Under the pieces are notes generated by a model. It searched no databases and was not told where the DNA came from. It worked only from the letters and a program-made list of their open reading frames with translations. From NCBI GenBank assembly GCA_032718475.1, contig JAUCBJ010000597.1, positions 1-64,000 of the forward strand: a DNA stretch of 64,000 nt, in the 5' to 3' direction. How positions within the stretch are numbered: position 1 is the first letter of the stretch; each line of letters begins with the position of its first letter. The position numbers and the translations under genes are program-made. Below are positions 26,516 to 38,530 of this stretch, piece after piece. This DNA comes from Nemertoderma westbladi. Its lineage: Eukaryota; Animalia; Xenacoelomorpha.

Positions 26516-26747
26516 ATCCGTGTATAATAAATAAAATAAAGTAATAAATATATAAATATGTGTATAATAATGTATAATACTATAAATAAATTTATATAAT
26601 ATTTATTTCAATCGATAATTCATTATACCAACAAATAATTTACCACCACAAAATAATAATAATAATTTAACCGTGCCCGGCTTTTTGCGGCGACACCGCC
26701 TACGAACATGGTCTATTTATATAATAAAGTTTCTACCGCTCGAAGAT

Positions 26748-28040
26748 TCACACTGAATGTTTATTCTTCTTTATTTGAGGTTGCCCATTAGTCTCGATTT
26801 CATTGAAAATGTCTTCGCCATCATCCGTATCATTGACGATGTCCTCTTCAAAGTTGCTGATATCTTCATACTCATAGCTAGGTGTTTTATTCACGATGAG
26901 ATCAATTTTTCGCTTAAGCGCTTGTTCTTTCATGGCTTTAGGTGTTTTCATCTTCATCTGAGCGCTCACACCCCCAACGAGGGTATCAATATCCTTATAA
27001 TCATTCTTTTTTTCAGCGCCGTCTACCCGCTCATTTTCTGCAATCGCGGGCAACCAGATTTTTTTCTCATCCATTTTCTTAGCAGCGACTTTTACTGCTT
27101 CGGACGTCTTCAGCTGACTAGCGTTGTCCGGCATTTCCACTTTCATTAGTTCCTCGTCCACTAATTCATCAATCGCAGCCTCAACAACTAACTTTTTAAT
27201 CGGTAGAAACTCACACCCAGACGGAATATCGTGGCCCACGTACTTCTGTAATTCCTTAATTATCTTGACATTTGCGTTGTTTCGAGGGATGAAAATAGCC
27301 TTGGTGTCGAAGTTGTGGGACAAATATATCCCGTTTTCGTTAATGATCGATCTGTACCTTACACTAACCTCGTCGATATTCTCCTTAACATTCTTATCTA
27401 TGTTAAAGTCGAGCAAACAGAATTCATCCGCTCTGAGATTCAACCCATCGTAATATAGAACACCCTTCCGCTGTTTACCTATATCATCCGCTTCCCAAAC
27501 GCTGACAAATCGTTGCCCTTCAAAGTCGTAGATATATCCAATGTACCCACAATCTTCGAACTCCATAAAATTCTCATCATGAATTTCCTTCTTTTTTGGT
27601 TCAATACGGGAAAGAACGACTTTGCCGTAGATGCTTTGTAAGACATCTAGAATTTTTCGCGAGATAAAAATTTATGCACCGTTTTTCCCAATGCGTAAGT
27701 ACGCATGATTTATTGGTGTTATAAGCAAATTGCCTCTGGTGTATTCCTTGTAATATTCAATGGCTATTTTATTATAATTGAGGAAGTCAAACAGGAATCT
27801 TATGTTCTGGTAAGTAAGACTTACCGATTCTTGCACGACGTTGCGTCCTTTTGTATCACCCCAACGGCTGAATCGAACGTATTTCCCGTTAAATGCTTTT
27901 ATTTCTATTCCTTCACCCAAACACTCGAGGCCCCACACACTCTTACCTGTAATCACCGATACGTATGGGGCGGGCGTGCTATCAGTAGAGCTACCGCTTA
28001 ATGACATCATTTTTGGTTGTGATGGTTTCGCAGATTCCAT
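26748..28040 (-). pseudogene. Polinton protein with tandem PC4-like (ssDNA-binding/coactivator) domains; one gene interrupted by an in-frame TAA at 27672-27674
   Basis: ORFs 27672-28046 and 26748-27566 are in the same frame, separated by one stop plus 35 sense codons. IEIKAFNGKYVRFSRW...SVSLTYQNIRFL and IYDFEGQRFVSVWE...RKG...GLNLRADEFCLL resemble PC4 (VRDFKGKVLIDIREY...KGISL..EQW..L). Acidic/basic tail. Confidence 0.55.
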
Positions 28041-28251
28041 CAACAAATTTTGTGAAATATTAATAATTAAGTGTAAAAATACAATAATATTGCGCTATAC
28101 AATGTGCGAAAAATATGAAATAATGAATTAACCCGAATGACAAAATAAAGTATTTTACGACGTATTTATAATATAATGATGGGCTATCGGGAAAACGGGT
28201 ATAATTTAACCACTCAACCGGATTAATCGCTATTGTCCTGAGAGAATTTTT

Positions 28252-28277
28252 TTTGAAAAACTTCCTATAAATTTCGA
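28252..28277 (+). promoter_or_regulatory. 26-bp TATA-containing motif, copy 1 (TTTGAAAAACTTCCTATAAATTTCGA)
   Basis: Exact second copy at 42955-42980. Lies in the divergent intergenic region with ATF/CRE-like TGACGTAA (28307) and TGACGTCA (28412). Function is inferred. Confidence 0.5.
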
Positions 28278-28741
28278 GGGAAATATTTATTTACGCTTAA
28301 ATTGGTTGACGTAAGTGGTAACAGCTTGCGGCGGCGATTAATGCGGCCTATATAAATTTTTATAGACACACCCTCAAAATTCCGCAGAATATTACTCACG
28401 GTTAAATTGATTGACGTCAACTGTATTAACTGTGTAGCTTCTTAGAAGTTTCATAATTTTAAGCATGAGCGAATTTAATTTAATGTCGGGATCTCAAACT
28501 TTCTCTCACAACAGATATTTTTCTGTAATCATTTACTAAAAACGAACGATTGCGGCGCGCGAACGGCGTTTTAAAGACACACCCATTATAAATATACCCA
28601 TTGGTCAAAATATTATTGATTAAGCAACATGACAATACTGGGGCAGCTTGAGTCTATAGATAAGATCATTTTTTCAAATATATTATTCATTGTTACCTTT
28701 CTTTTAGGAATTTTTTAGGTAAAATACGCCATAATAAAAAA

Positions 28742-29260
28742 ATGTTTCCAATAATACAAGCTGAAAATAGTTACCGCGGTCCTAATTCAATTATTCCAAT
28801 TAAAATTGAATTGTTAAGCCCGGCAGCTCGGGCACCTGTATGCGGTTCATATAGCCCAGCTGGGATTGACATATATAGCGCCGTGAATAGAACAATAGAG
28901 CCGCACTCACGGATGTTAATTGAGACGGGTGTTAAAATATATTTACCCGCCAATTATTTTGGAAGAATTACACCGACTTTTAGCTTGACAAAAATTGGCA
29001 TCGATGTTGCAGAATGTGCGGTTGATTCCGGCATTGCGCGCGGTAATATAGATCAACTTGTAATTATATTGATTAACAACACATCTAAGGAATACGTTGT
29101 AACATCGGGCGATAAAATATGCCAGCTTATATGCCAACAATGTAATGCTGCAATACTCTACATTTCTAATATTTATTCGGATGATTATTTTGGGCTTTTA
29201 CCGACGAATTTAACGCCGTATGGGGAAGAGATTAATTCGACATTTTACCGCGCATATTAA
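28742..29260 (+). CDS. dUTPase-like protein, probably catalytically inactive
   Basis: Motif I AGIDIY, IETG and motif IV GDKICQL are present. Motif II is GRITPTFSL (RSG lost), motif III is AVDSGIARG (Tyr lost), and motif V RG..GFGSTG is absent. Confidence 0.85.
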   Translation: MFPIIQAENSYRGPNSIIPIKIELLSPAARAPVCGSYSPAGIDIYSAVNRTIEPHSRMLIETGVKIYLPANYFGRITPTFSLTKIGIDVAECAVDSGIARGNIDQLVIILINNTSKEYVVTSGDKICQLICQQCNAAILYISNIYSDDYFGLLPTNLTPYGEEINSTFYRAY

Positions 29261-29553
29261 ATATGTGACATTAAACGCATAACACCAAACTCGGGTGGTG
29301 ACACATGTCAATACTATTTCAATACTCTTACACGCGATTATACAACATAGTTAATAGAGCATATAAATAGGATAATGTCAGTTCAGTAAATTTTGGTTGG
29401 TTAAACGGTTTCTAGCGTGGGTGGCTGGTTGACTGGGTATTGGATATATTTATCTACATAAAATCTGCCGCATCTCTTTCATCGGCATATTGTAAATATG
29501 TTTTCTGTACCTACGTTAATAAATATATTATAATCGTAATAATAATAATTATA

Positions 29554-32500
29554 ATGATGGAGATTAATTGCGTTTTTTGCGGTTGTACTATACTTAAGAA
29601 AAATTATTTACGGCATTTACGCGCACATTTCGATGGGTATGTTTGCGATAATTGTAATTGCCGAACTACTTCTGAAAGAATAGCAATATTTCACAGTAAT
29701 AGATGTTGCGGGTTGTCTCGCCCGAATTACACCTACTGCGGTTACACGCTATCCTGCCCGACATGCTCTGATGATTTTGAAAACTTCGATTCATATATCG
29801 AACATAGTTGCCATCAAAACCATTACAATTCCCGCAAACGCAAACATAACCAAAAACAATCAGAACCGACATTTCAACCGGATCTCAACCTTGGTTCGCC
29901 TGTAAGCATTACAAACAGTTCAGATACACCCAACGAAGGTTTTTATCTCTCAAAAACATGTCACGAATCACGCGTTCAGGAATATACCCATAATGTGTCA
30001 TCTAATGAGATGTATCCGGATGTGCCGAATTATTTAAATTATATGGGGTTATATGCTTCGCGCGCTTTTAACACGGCGGCATCGGCTTTTATTGATATGT
30101 TTTATAAAGTGTGGGTAATTGCTTCAGTGATAATGAAACGTGATGATGCTAATTATACTCTAGAAGAAGAATTCCATTTTACTTCGATCGGTACAGATAA
30201 TTATATTGAAAATAGCTCGGATTTTGACGAATGGTACTACACAGTCATTTCCCATATCGGTGAAAAAATATCGCAATTTATTAGGCGGGGTAGCGGCTGG
30301 AAACTTGTAACTCTATCGCGCATCAAACTTACTATTGCGTCATACTTGCGATCGGTATATCGTTTTGGACATAGCGGTGATGCCAACCAATCAATCCCGA
30401 CAAAATTAAAAAATAAACATTGTATAATAAATGTACCATGTAATGAAGGTGAATGTTTTAAGTGGGCGGTCCTGACAGCAAAATTTTCAAAACATATATC
30501 GGATGATCACACACTGCGCCATGTTTCACGCCAAAGTTCTTATAATCAGTATTTAGGGTTTTTTAATTTAAGCGAATTAGACTCTACCCTATCATGGAAA
30601 CTAAATATTCTAAAGTTTGAAAAAAATAATCCAAATTATTTAATAAATTTATTGTATTTTGATAGAAGTAGTGAAAAAATTTCCTTTCTACGGCAACCGA
30701 GCGCTAAAAAAGCTGAAGGTAAAAGATTGCTAAATTTATTGCTTATTGAACGTCAAAATTTAACCTCAACAAATCACATCGTCGGGGTTTCTAACTTAAA
30801 TAGATTATTTAATGGTCGTGGGGAAGGCAATAGCGACCATCATTGTCATCGTTGTGAGCGGTGTATTTGCGGTTTCTACAGTCCAAATGCGTTAGAATGC
30901 CATAGATTAGGGTGTTGGCAAGGCGGGCGCCAAATAGAGGAGATGCCATCTAAACTGAATTTACGTTTTACTAATTACTATAAGTACACTATTTTAGTTA
31001 GTACTTATTAGTACACCTTTCATAGTATATATGGATTTCGAAGTGGTACTAGCCCCAACAAATAATGTAAAAAAATATTATATAGCCGAACATCTCCCGT
31101 CGGCTGTGTCATATTTGATTGTCTCCAACGGTGAATTAATTAACCCCCCAAATTATTTTTTGTCTACATTTAGACAAAATATCGATAATAACTCGGTACA
31201 GAATTTTATTGATAGTCTGGTTTTTTATTTATTTAAGTGTTATGAATGGTCTACCTTTAACACACACCACCCCAAACACCTGGATCACACACAATACCAA
31301 GCTTATATGCGTAACACAAATTGCTTTAATTGTAAATCATTTTTTCGGGAAGATATAAATCCAAGTGTGATGCATCACAACCATTACAACGGGGCTTTCA
31401 TTGGTGTGGCGTGTATTTCCTGTAATAAACAATTAAGTGTTAAACGTCACCTATTCCCAGTTGTCTGTCATAATTTTTTTTTTATGATTCACATTTAATT
31501 TTACAAAAAGGGTTTGCCGGTAGTAAATATAAAAATTGGAACATTGAAACCATTGCAAAAAATACTGAAAGATATATCTCACTCCGCATCGATATTCCAA
31601 TGTCAGAAGCACTTAGCGTTCTTGGTTATGCTATTCCAGAAAAGGACGTAAGAGGGCTCCCAACCAGCAAATCAATAACTATACAGTTTATTGATTCATT
31701 CGCGTTTATGGGATTTTCCCTTTCTGCTTTGGCTGGGTTTTTGACAAAAGATGTGTCAGATTTAACAACCGTTATTCCACACACCGTGAAGCAAATGAGA
31801 AAATTATATCCAAATGTTACCAACGAAATTTTATGCCGTAAGTCAGTTTTTCCTTACGAATATGTCGATTCCTTAAGTAAATTGGGGGATACTAAATTAC
31901 CGCATCCAAAAGAGTTTTACAGTGAATTAACATTATCATCTATTAGCCCTGAAGAATATACATTTGCACATCTTTCGTGGGAGCAATTTCAATGTGAGAC
32001 ACTTTTTGATTATTTGGAAGCTTACTTACATCTTGACGTGTTGCTGCTAGCCGATATTTTTGAAAATTTTCGCGCATATTGTACTAAACATTATTCGCTT
32101 GAGGTGTCGAACTATTACACGATGGCGGGGGTTAGTTGGGACGCGGCTTTGAGATTTTCCAAGCCACATATTCGTCTACTTGCAGACCATGAAATGTATT
32201 TAACATTCGAAAATTCCATTAGGGGCGGAGTTTCTTACACCAACCTTCATATGGCAAATGCGAATATACCAGGCACAGAAACATACGACCCTAATAAACC
32301 CGAAGCTCATTTATATAATTTAGATTTCAACAGTTTATATAGCGGTTCTTTGTCGGAGAAACTTCCTTATTCTGACTTTGAATGGTTGGATGTTGATAGT
32401 GTCGATATCATGAGTCTGGAAATTGACGAAATATATGGATACTTCGCAATTGTAGACCTTGAATACCCAATGACTATTCATGATGCCACAGCCGAGCTTC

Positions 32501-33641
32501 CATTTGCACCGGAGCATATTAAACTCGATAGTAGGTATCTCAGTCCACACATGAAAAGTCTTTGGCGACATTATAATGGTGATAAAATTTTCAATAGCCC
32601 AGCAAAAAAATTGATGTTAACCCAATTTGATAAGTATGAGTACGGTGTGCATCTAAAATTATTGCGCTTTTATATTCATCATGGTATGCGCTTGATTAAA
32701 GTTCATAAACTTATTAGATTTAAGCAAGGTTACATTTTTAAGGATTTTATTGAATATAACACCCAGCAAAGAAAAATAGCAAGCAATGACTTTTATGATA
32801 AGTTTCACAAAGGAACAAATAACGCGCTTTTCGGGAAAAGCATGGAGAATATACGGGACCGTGTCTCATTTCGCTTATGTAATTCAATCGAGAAATGTGA
32901 CTTATTATTATCCAAGCCGAATCACGAAAATTTAATTATGTTCACTGATTCATTATCGGGTCACGTCCTATCTAAGACTGCGGTTTGTTTGCATAAACCT
33001 ATTTTTTTAGGGCAAGCTGTATTGGACCTGTCGAAGTTAGATTATTACAGTTTCTTCTACGAGAAATAAAGCCCCTGGAAGCCGAATTAAATTGTAGTAT
33101 AAATTTGTTAGGTGGGGACACGGATTCTTTTTTTTTACAGTGTGTTGGTTTATCCCAACACCAATTTTTATCTGCGTTACAATCAAAAAAAGTTTTAGAC
33201 TGTTCAAATTATCCTATTACACATCCGTTGTATACAGTAGAACAGAAAGGGAAATATAGATATTTAAAGGATGAAGGGAAGTCTATCCCGTTTGACCAGG
33301 TTATTTTACTTAGACCAAAATGTTATAGCTTTCGTGGGGGGTTAGTTCCAAAACGTGTCGCTAAAGGCGTAGGAAAAATGGTTATAAAAAAGAAACTCTC
33401 CCACGAATCATATTTAAAAGTATATAACGAGGTTAGCGAGCATTATGAATACAGTCAAAGGTTTCAATCTAATTTACATAAAATATACACCGTTTCACAA
33501 AGAAAAAATTCGCTAACACTGTGGGAAGATAAAAGGTACTACACATCGACTAATGAAAGTCTACCTTACGGCCATTATAAAACACATTTGGATCGTAAAG
33601 CGCCCGCCCCTAAGCTTTATATGCCGCCCATTATAGAATAG
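29554..33641 (+). pseudogene. Protein-primed family B DNA polymerase (pPolB) with N-terminal zinc fingers, split into 4 ORFs
   Basis: C2H2-like fingers; GSGW; CFKWAV; exonuclease YMDFE, HN...YDSH, FIDSF, KSVFPYEY, YLHLDVLLLADIFENFR; EndoVII-like HHNHYNG...CISCN; polymerase DFNSLY, K...NALFGKS, GDTDS, LRPKCY, DKR. Breaks near 30990, 31480 and 33066. Confidence 0.95.
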
Positions 33642-33650
33642 CGGATTGCG

Positions 33651-34211
33651 ATGTCTTTTAGTGTTGTCAACAGTAATATAAGTTTGAGGTTGGTTGATGG
33701 GTGCATATCATTCGATGTGCTGGCTAAACGAATTCGAAATGGAAAACTCATCTTAAAGCCTTTTCAATATATCGCCAAAATTTGCGGATGGACGTGTCTC
33801 TTTTTCCCGAGCGGTAAGGTCACTGTACTCGGTAAATCGCCTAAAATAAAAAAAATTATTAAGTATATATATAAGCATACTGATTATAAACTAACTTTTA
33901 TTTCAATCAATAGCCAAACTTACATTATTAACAATCTAGACATAGACTATAGCAAATTAATGAAAACGGTCGGGTTTCATTTTTTAGATAATTATTATAA
34001 TGTGGAGGTGAAATATGAGCCGGAGATATTTAATAATATTCTTGTGCAGTTTTATCGTCGGGGTAAAACTAGTTCTAATATCATAACATTTTGCGTTTTT
34101 TACACACGAAATGTTGTGTGTATGGCAAGACCCAGGATATTTCGAGTATTTTTTCCAAAGTTTTTGAATTTTATCGGTAATTTAGATAGTCATTTAGGTA
34201 GAAATATTTAA
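33651..34211 (+). CDS. TATA-binding protein (TBP)-like protein encoded by the Polinton; intact 186 aa
   Basis: Bipartite TBP core. VVN...ISFDVLAKRIRN...KPF...TCLFFPSGKVTVLG compares with LQN...LDLKTIALRARN...KRF...TALIFSSGKMVCTG. SINS...IDYSKL...YEPEIFNNI...FCVFYTRNVVCMA compares with IQN...IRLEGL...YEPELFPGL...LLIFVSGKVVLTG. Confidence 0.82.
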   Translation: MSFSVVNSNISLRLVDGCISFDVLAKRIRNGKLILKPFQYIAKICGWTCLFFPSGKVTVLGKSPKIKKIIKYIYKHTDYKLTFISINSQTYIINNLDIDYSKLMKTVGFHFLDNYYNVEVKYEPEIFNNILVQFYRRGKTSSNIITFCVFYTRNVVCMARPRIFRVFFPKFLNFIGNLDSHLGRNI

Positions 34212-34641
34212 TATTTAATTTTTTCATTTCTGGCACCAGTTTTAGGTTTGTCCGGTGGGATCTCGTTAGGTTTTTAAATAAACGCGGATATTAACATTAT
34301 TCACATTATATATAACGTGTTTTATCGGTAGTCTTAGGTTGTCAAGGGCGTCAATTTCATTTCTGATGTCGGTTTATATTTACATAAATCTAGTCTATCT
34401 GTCTATTTGTCGGTCTTTCTGTCAGTCAGTATGTCAAAATTAATTCATTGTTCGCGTTATATAATGTATTTTATTAATTATTATTGATGTTAGGTTTTAA
34501 AGAGTGCCGGTTTCTATAATTGCTCTGTTTTATCGCGTGAAAAACCCCACCCACGCATATAATCGATACTATTTATAACGGTGGTGGTGTTTTATTACTT
34601 ACAATTATTGTTCTCGTTTATATAAGTTATTAATATATGTA

Positions 34642-35103
34642 ATGAAATCACTCAAAGCTTTAATTAAACAATTTGACGGGGATTTAAAGTTCTTATCTAA
34701 CGCCTCCCTCAACCGTAGAAAAACCTTCTTACGCGTCGGCGGAACCGACGAACTTATAAGTTTTCTAATTAATATTATTCTAAATGTATTAAATGGTAAC
34801 GTAAAAATTCCTGAGCAAACAATCGTGAGGTTAAAATGCCATAAAAAAACAATACGCGAGATTGCTAAAAAACCAAAAGCCAAGTATCCCATTCGAATTT
34901 ATCGTAAACGATTGGTGCAAAGGGGCGGATTTATAAATCTACTAATCTCTGGTTTAATGAGTGGGCTTAACGCTTATCAGAAAATATCACCCATAATAAT
35001 GGCTGTAAGAGGCAGAAAATTAGCCCAATCCCGCCGGGGGTATAGACCTAGTACCTCTGGTACACGCGTCAACCGTCAAGTTTCTAGGTTTCCCATCTAC
35101 TGA
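34642..35103 (+). CDS. Conserved Polinton/adintovirus small basic virion protein with QRGGF motif and amphipathic helix
   Basis: ILNVLNGNVKI...LKCHKKTIREIA...RLVQRGGFINLLISGL pattern, located next to the ATPase. Confidence 0.7.
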   Translation: MKSLKALIKQFDGDLKFLSNASLNRRKTFLRVGGTDELISFLINIILNVLNGNVKIPEQTIVRLKCHKKTIREIAKKPKAKYPIRIYRKRLVQRGGFINLLISGLMSGLNAYQKISPIIMAVRGRKLAQSRRGYRPSTSGTRVNRQVSRFPIY

Positions 35104-35120
35104 GTGGCTACCTATCAACA

Positions 35121-35831
35121 ATGTCCCGAGAGCCGACGATATCGCAGGAACCAATCACATCATACGACGCCTCTTTCAAGATGGGTTCGGCCATGATTAT
35201 TGCGGGTCCAAGTTCTTCCGGAAAAACAGTGCTGGTATCAAAAATTGTAAAAAATAAAAATTTAGTTTTTGATATAACCCCGAAGCGTGTATTATTCTTT
35301 TATGGCGCCACCCCACCAGAATTCCCAGGTATAACACATCTATTCAAAGGTTTACCGCAAAAAATTAATTCTATTTTCCGCGAAAACGATCTAATTATTA
35401 TAGACGACTTGTTAAGCGAAAGTAAGAGTGATGAGAGTTTGACAGAAAGCTTCACAAAAACCTGCCATCATACTTCCTGTTTCATTATCTATATAACACA
35501 AAATTTCTTCAGTAAAGGGGCGGAAACACGGACTAGAAGTCTAAATGCCCAATATTGTATTTTCACAAAAAATCCCCGCGACGCAAGTCAAATAAGCTAT
35601 ATAGCGCGGCAAGTGTACCCAAAAAATAGCAATTTTATTGTTCAAGCATATAGTGACGCCACACAAAAACCATTCACACACCTTCTCTTAGACTTTCATC
35701 AAAAAACGGATGATAGTATAAGAGTTAGGGGTGATATTTTCAACCCATTAGGGCAAACTGTTTATCAACCCACGAATATGAACTCTAACACACCTCACCA
35801 ACGCCCTGAGGCTCAGTCTATACCTCAGTAG
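35121..35831 (+). CDS. A32/FtsK-like DNA packaging ATPase
   Basis: Walker A GPSSSGKT, Walker B LIIIDD, HH...IYITQNFF, SLNAQY, KNPRD..QI motifs. Confidence 0.95.
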   Translation: MSREPTISQEPITSYDASFKMGSAMIIAGPSSSGKTVLVSKIVKNKNLVFDITPKRVLFFYGATPPEFPGITHLFKGLPQKINSIFRENDLIIIDDLLSESKSDESLTESFTKTCHHTSCFIIYITQNFFSKGAETRTRSLNAQYCIFTKNPRDASQISYIARQVYPKNSNFIVQAYSDATQKPFTHLLLDFHQKTDDSIRVRGDIFNPLGQTVYQPTNMNSNTPHQRPEAQSIPQ

Positions 35832-35957
35832 AGACGCCGCGCTAAAACCATTTTCACACCTTGTTTAGACTTTCACCAAAATTAGGTTATTATCGGTCCA
35901 TGAACGTGAACTCCAGTACAGTATATAGTATTAATATATTAATAATGATATATAACG

Positions 35958-36419
35958 ATGAAAAATAACGAGATTAGCCTCGGAAATTTTAAGAAGTTGT
36001 ATCTAGTTTCTACTTTATTAACGGATACTTATAATAATAATAATAAGAAAAGCAATAATATAATACAACCGCTAGATGGTGTGACAATTTCATCCCAGAA
36101 AGCCAAACGATTGTTGAGTTATTTGATGCGATTCTCGCGAGACAGAGTATGGTGGAGTGATAATAATAAACTCTATATAGAAAATAAACTTATACCCGGA
36201 GCGAATATTGATCATTTGATTGAATTGCTGACTACAAAAAAAAATAAGAAAAACACCAAAATAATTCCAGGACAAGCAACATTTTTGGGGTTATTAAAAC
36301 GATTAAGGATACCAAAACGATTAATTGGTCGCGGTTGGTTGAAACGGCAAAGGGTCCGTGTGACCCCTTCCAACGCAAAACGCGTCGACGCGTGGAAACA
36401 ATACGTAGGACTACAATAA
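35958..36419 (+). CDS. Conserved Polinton hypothetical protein
   Basis: KAKRLL..L...VWW...IPGANIDHLI...PG...FL..L pattern, between the ATPase and integrase. Confidence 0.65.
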   Translation: MKNNEISLGNFKKLYLVSTLLTDTYNNNNKKSNNIIQPLDGVTISSQKAKRLLSYLMRFSRDRVWWSDNNKLYIENKLIPGANIDHLIELLTTKKNKKNTKIIPGQATFLGLLKRLRIPKRLIGRGWLKRQRVRVTPSNAKRVDAWKQYVGLQ

Positions 36420-36537
36420 ATCGACATGCGGAAACAAAACGCGGGATAACATTAAAATAGTAGTATGTTTTTTGAACGTTTCATATTAAGTATTAACTGC
36501 CATTGCAAGTGTTTTCTGCCGCGACACGACACAACCG

Positions 36538-37657
36538 ATGGGGAGAATCGTAGAAAATCGAACAAACAAACGACTGGGAAGAATATATTACGATGTTTCA
36601 AATGCTGCCGGTTTCGCGAGCGTAACCAAACTAGCGAAAGCCGCTAAAGTTACGAGAAATCGCGCAAAGGAGTGGTTGAGCTCCCAACGAACGTATTCCC
36701 TACACGCGCCGGCTAGGCGCCATTACCCGACATCAAAAATCTTCACGGGTGGTATTGGCGATCTATACCAAGCGGATTTGTGTGATATGCAACCTTTTAG
36801 GGGCGAGAATAATGGCTACGGTTACATACTTACTTGTATTGACTGTTTTAGTCGGAAGGCGTGGGCGTTGGGTCTAAAACGTAAAACAGGGGTCGAAATT
36901 AAAAGGGCCCTAGCCGCGATATTCGAAGAAAGGAAGCCTAAACGGCTAGCAGTTGATCAAGGAACTGAGTTTGTTAATAAATTGGTGAAAGATTTCTTAC
37001 AGAACAATAATGTTCATTTTTATACATTAGTTAGCCAATTTAAAGCTAGTATCTGTGAGGCTGAATCGCACCCTCAAATCTCGCATGTACAGAATTTTCA
37101 TGAGGAGACAGAATAGAGAATGGATGTACTCATCCATTCTCTATTCTGTCTCCGTTCTCCATTCTCTATTCCCAAAAATATTGGTTGCATATAATAATTC
37201 AATACATAGAACCATTGGTATGGCACCAAACTCTGTCAATAAAAAGAATGAAACTGACCTATTTTTAAAACTATATGGGAGTGTGGGTCATCCCAATAAA
37301 AGAAAACGTCGCGCACAGCGTCGAGTTCATTTCAAGGTTGGTGATAAGGTGCGGCTGAGTTTAGCTAGAAAGCCATTTGACAAAGGTTATACACCTAATT
37401 ATATAGTAGAAATTTTCAAAATTTACAGAATAAGATTGGATCGAGAGCCGTACCCTATGTACGAAGTTGTGGACTCGAATGGGCGCGTTATAAAGGGGAC
37501 ATTTTATCGACATGAAATCCAAAAGGTAATAGAACCATTTCTATTCCTACCAATTGAAAAAATAATTAAAGAAAAAGTAAATAAAAGCGGGAAAAAGCAA
37601 TATTTGGTTAAATTTGTTGGTTTTGCGACACATCGATGGGTTGATCACGTACAATAA
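36538..37657 (+). pseudogene. Retroviral-like (rve/c-int) integrase with C-terminal chromodomain-like region; frameshifted near 37058
   Basis: YSLH, QADLCDM, YILTCIDCFSRKAW, VDQGTEF, KASIC(E/R)LNRTLK, YNNSIHRTIGMAP, FKVGDKVR, FDKGYTPN, IEKII...YLVKFVGF. Confidence 0.95.
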
Positions 37658-37671
37658 TTAATTATATTATT

Positions 37672-38528
37672 ATGGATTACTTACATTTAACGTTGACTTC
37701 CGACGCCAGTCTAGATAAATATCCTGATAACACTCCCAGCGATTTCACGATTGAGTTGTCCAAACCTATCCCCGTCAGCACAGATTGGGTCGTGGGCCTA
37801 AAGGAAATACAGTATGTGTCGACCTATAGAAATATTGAACAAAGATCCGGAATTAGAATTGGGGAATATATGTATGATGAGGATTTGGAATTTCATATAG
37901 CTCCATACAATCTTATAGAAATCGATTTTAATCTTGGGCTATATGCTTCTATTGAGTCAATTTTAAACCATATTAGTGTTTATTTGAAAAATCCCACAAT
38001 ATCCCACCATGGTTTCAAAGATGTTAAGTTTAACTACCAAAACATACATCAAAAATTCATCTGTATTGTAAGAAAGGTCGCTATTTCCAATTCTATGGAG
38101 ATATAATAAATATTTTCGGGTTATCGAGTTTAAAAAATAATTTAATGGGTCTTGGGGCGCTTTGGGCAATACACTACAACGGAGATGATGGTTTATTGAA
38201 CTTAGGCTGTAAAGATACAAACAAAATGGATGGGGTCGAATTCCCTGAACCTTGCGATATAACGAGGGATAGACACACAATGTTTATATATACAGATATG
38301 ATTGAATCTTCTCACGTAGGACATTCGATGGCGCCTCTTTTGCGGATAATCCCCTTGAAATGGGAACCATACTCATTCATCAACCAGGAATTCAAAAACA
38401 CACATTACAAACAATTAAAAAATAAAAAAGTGCTCGATACAATTAGTATAACGCTTCGCGACCATAAAGGAAAGCATATAGTCTTTCATGGAGGTAAAAC
38501 AATTTTAGTTCTAGAACTCAAAAAATAA
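37672..38528 (+). pseudogene. Minor capsid (penton-like) protein 1; frameshift near 38075
   Basis: N-terminal LTSDAS...YPDNTPSDFTIEL...WVVGLKEI; C-terminal FIYTDMIE...VG...APLLR...Y...ISITLRD..G..I.F......LEL. Confidence 0.85.
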
Positions 38529-38530
38529 CA

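Noticed and set aside
30983-31011. Tiny GT-AG intron rescuing the first pPolB frameshift
   Set aside because: The only frame-restoring GT..AG (28 nt) would delete residues expected between FTN and PFIVY. A ~19-nt insertion explains the break better.
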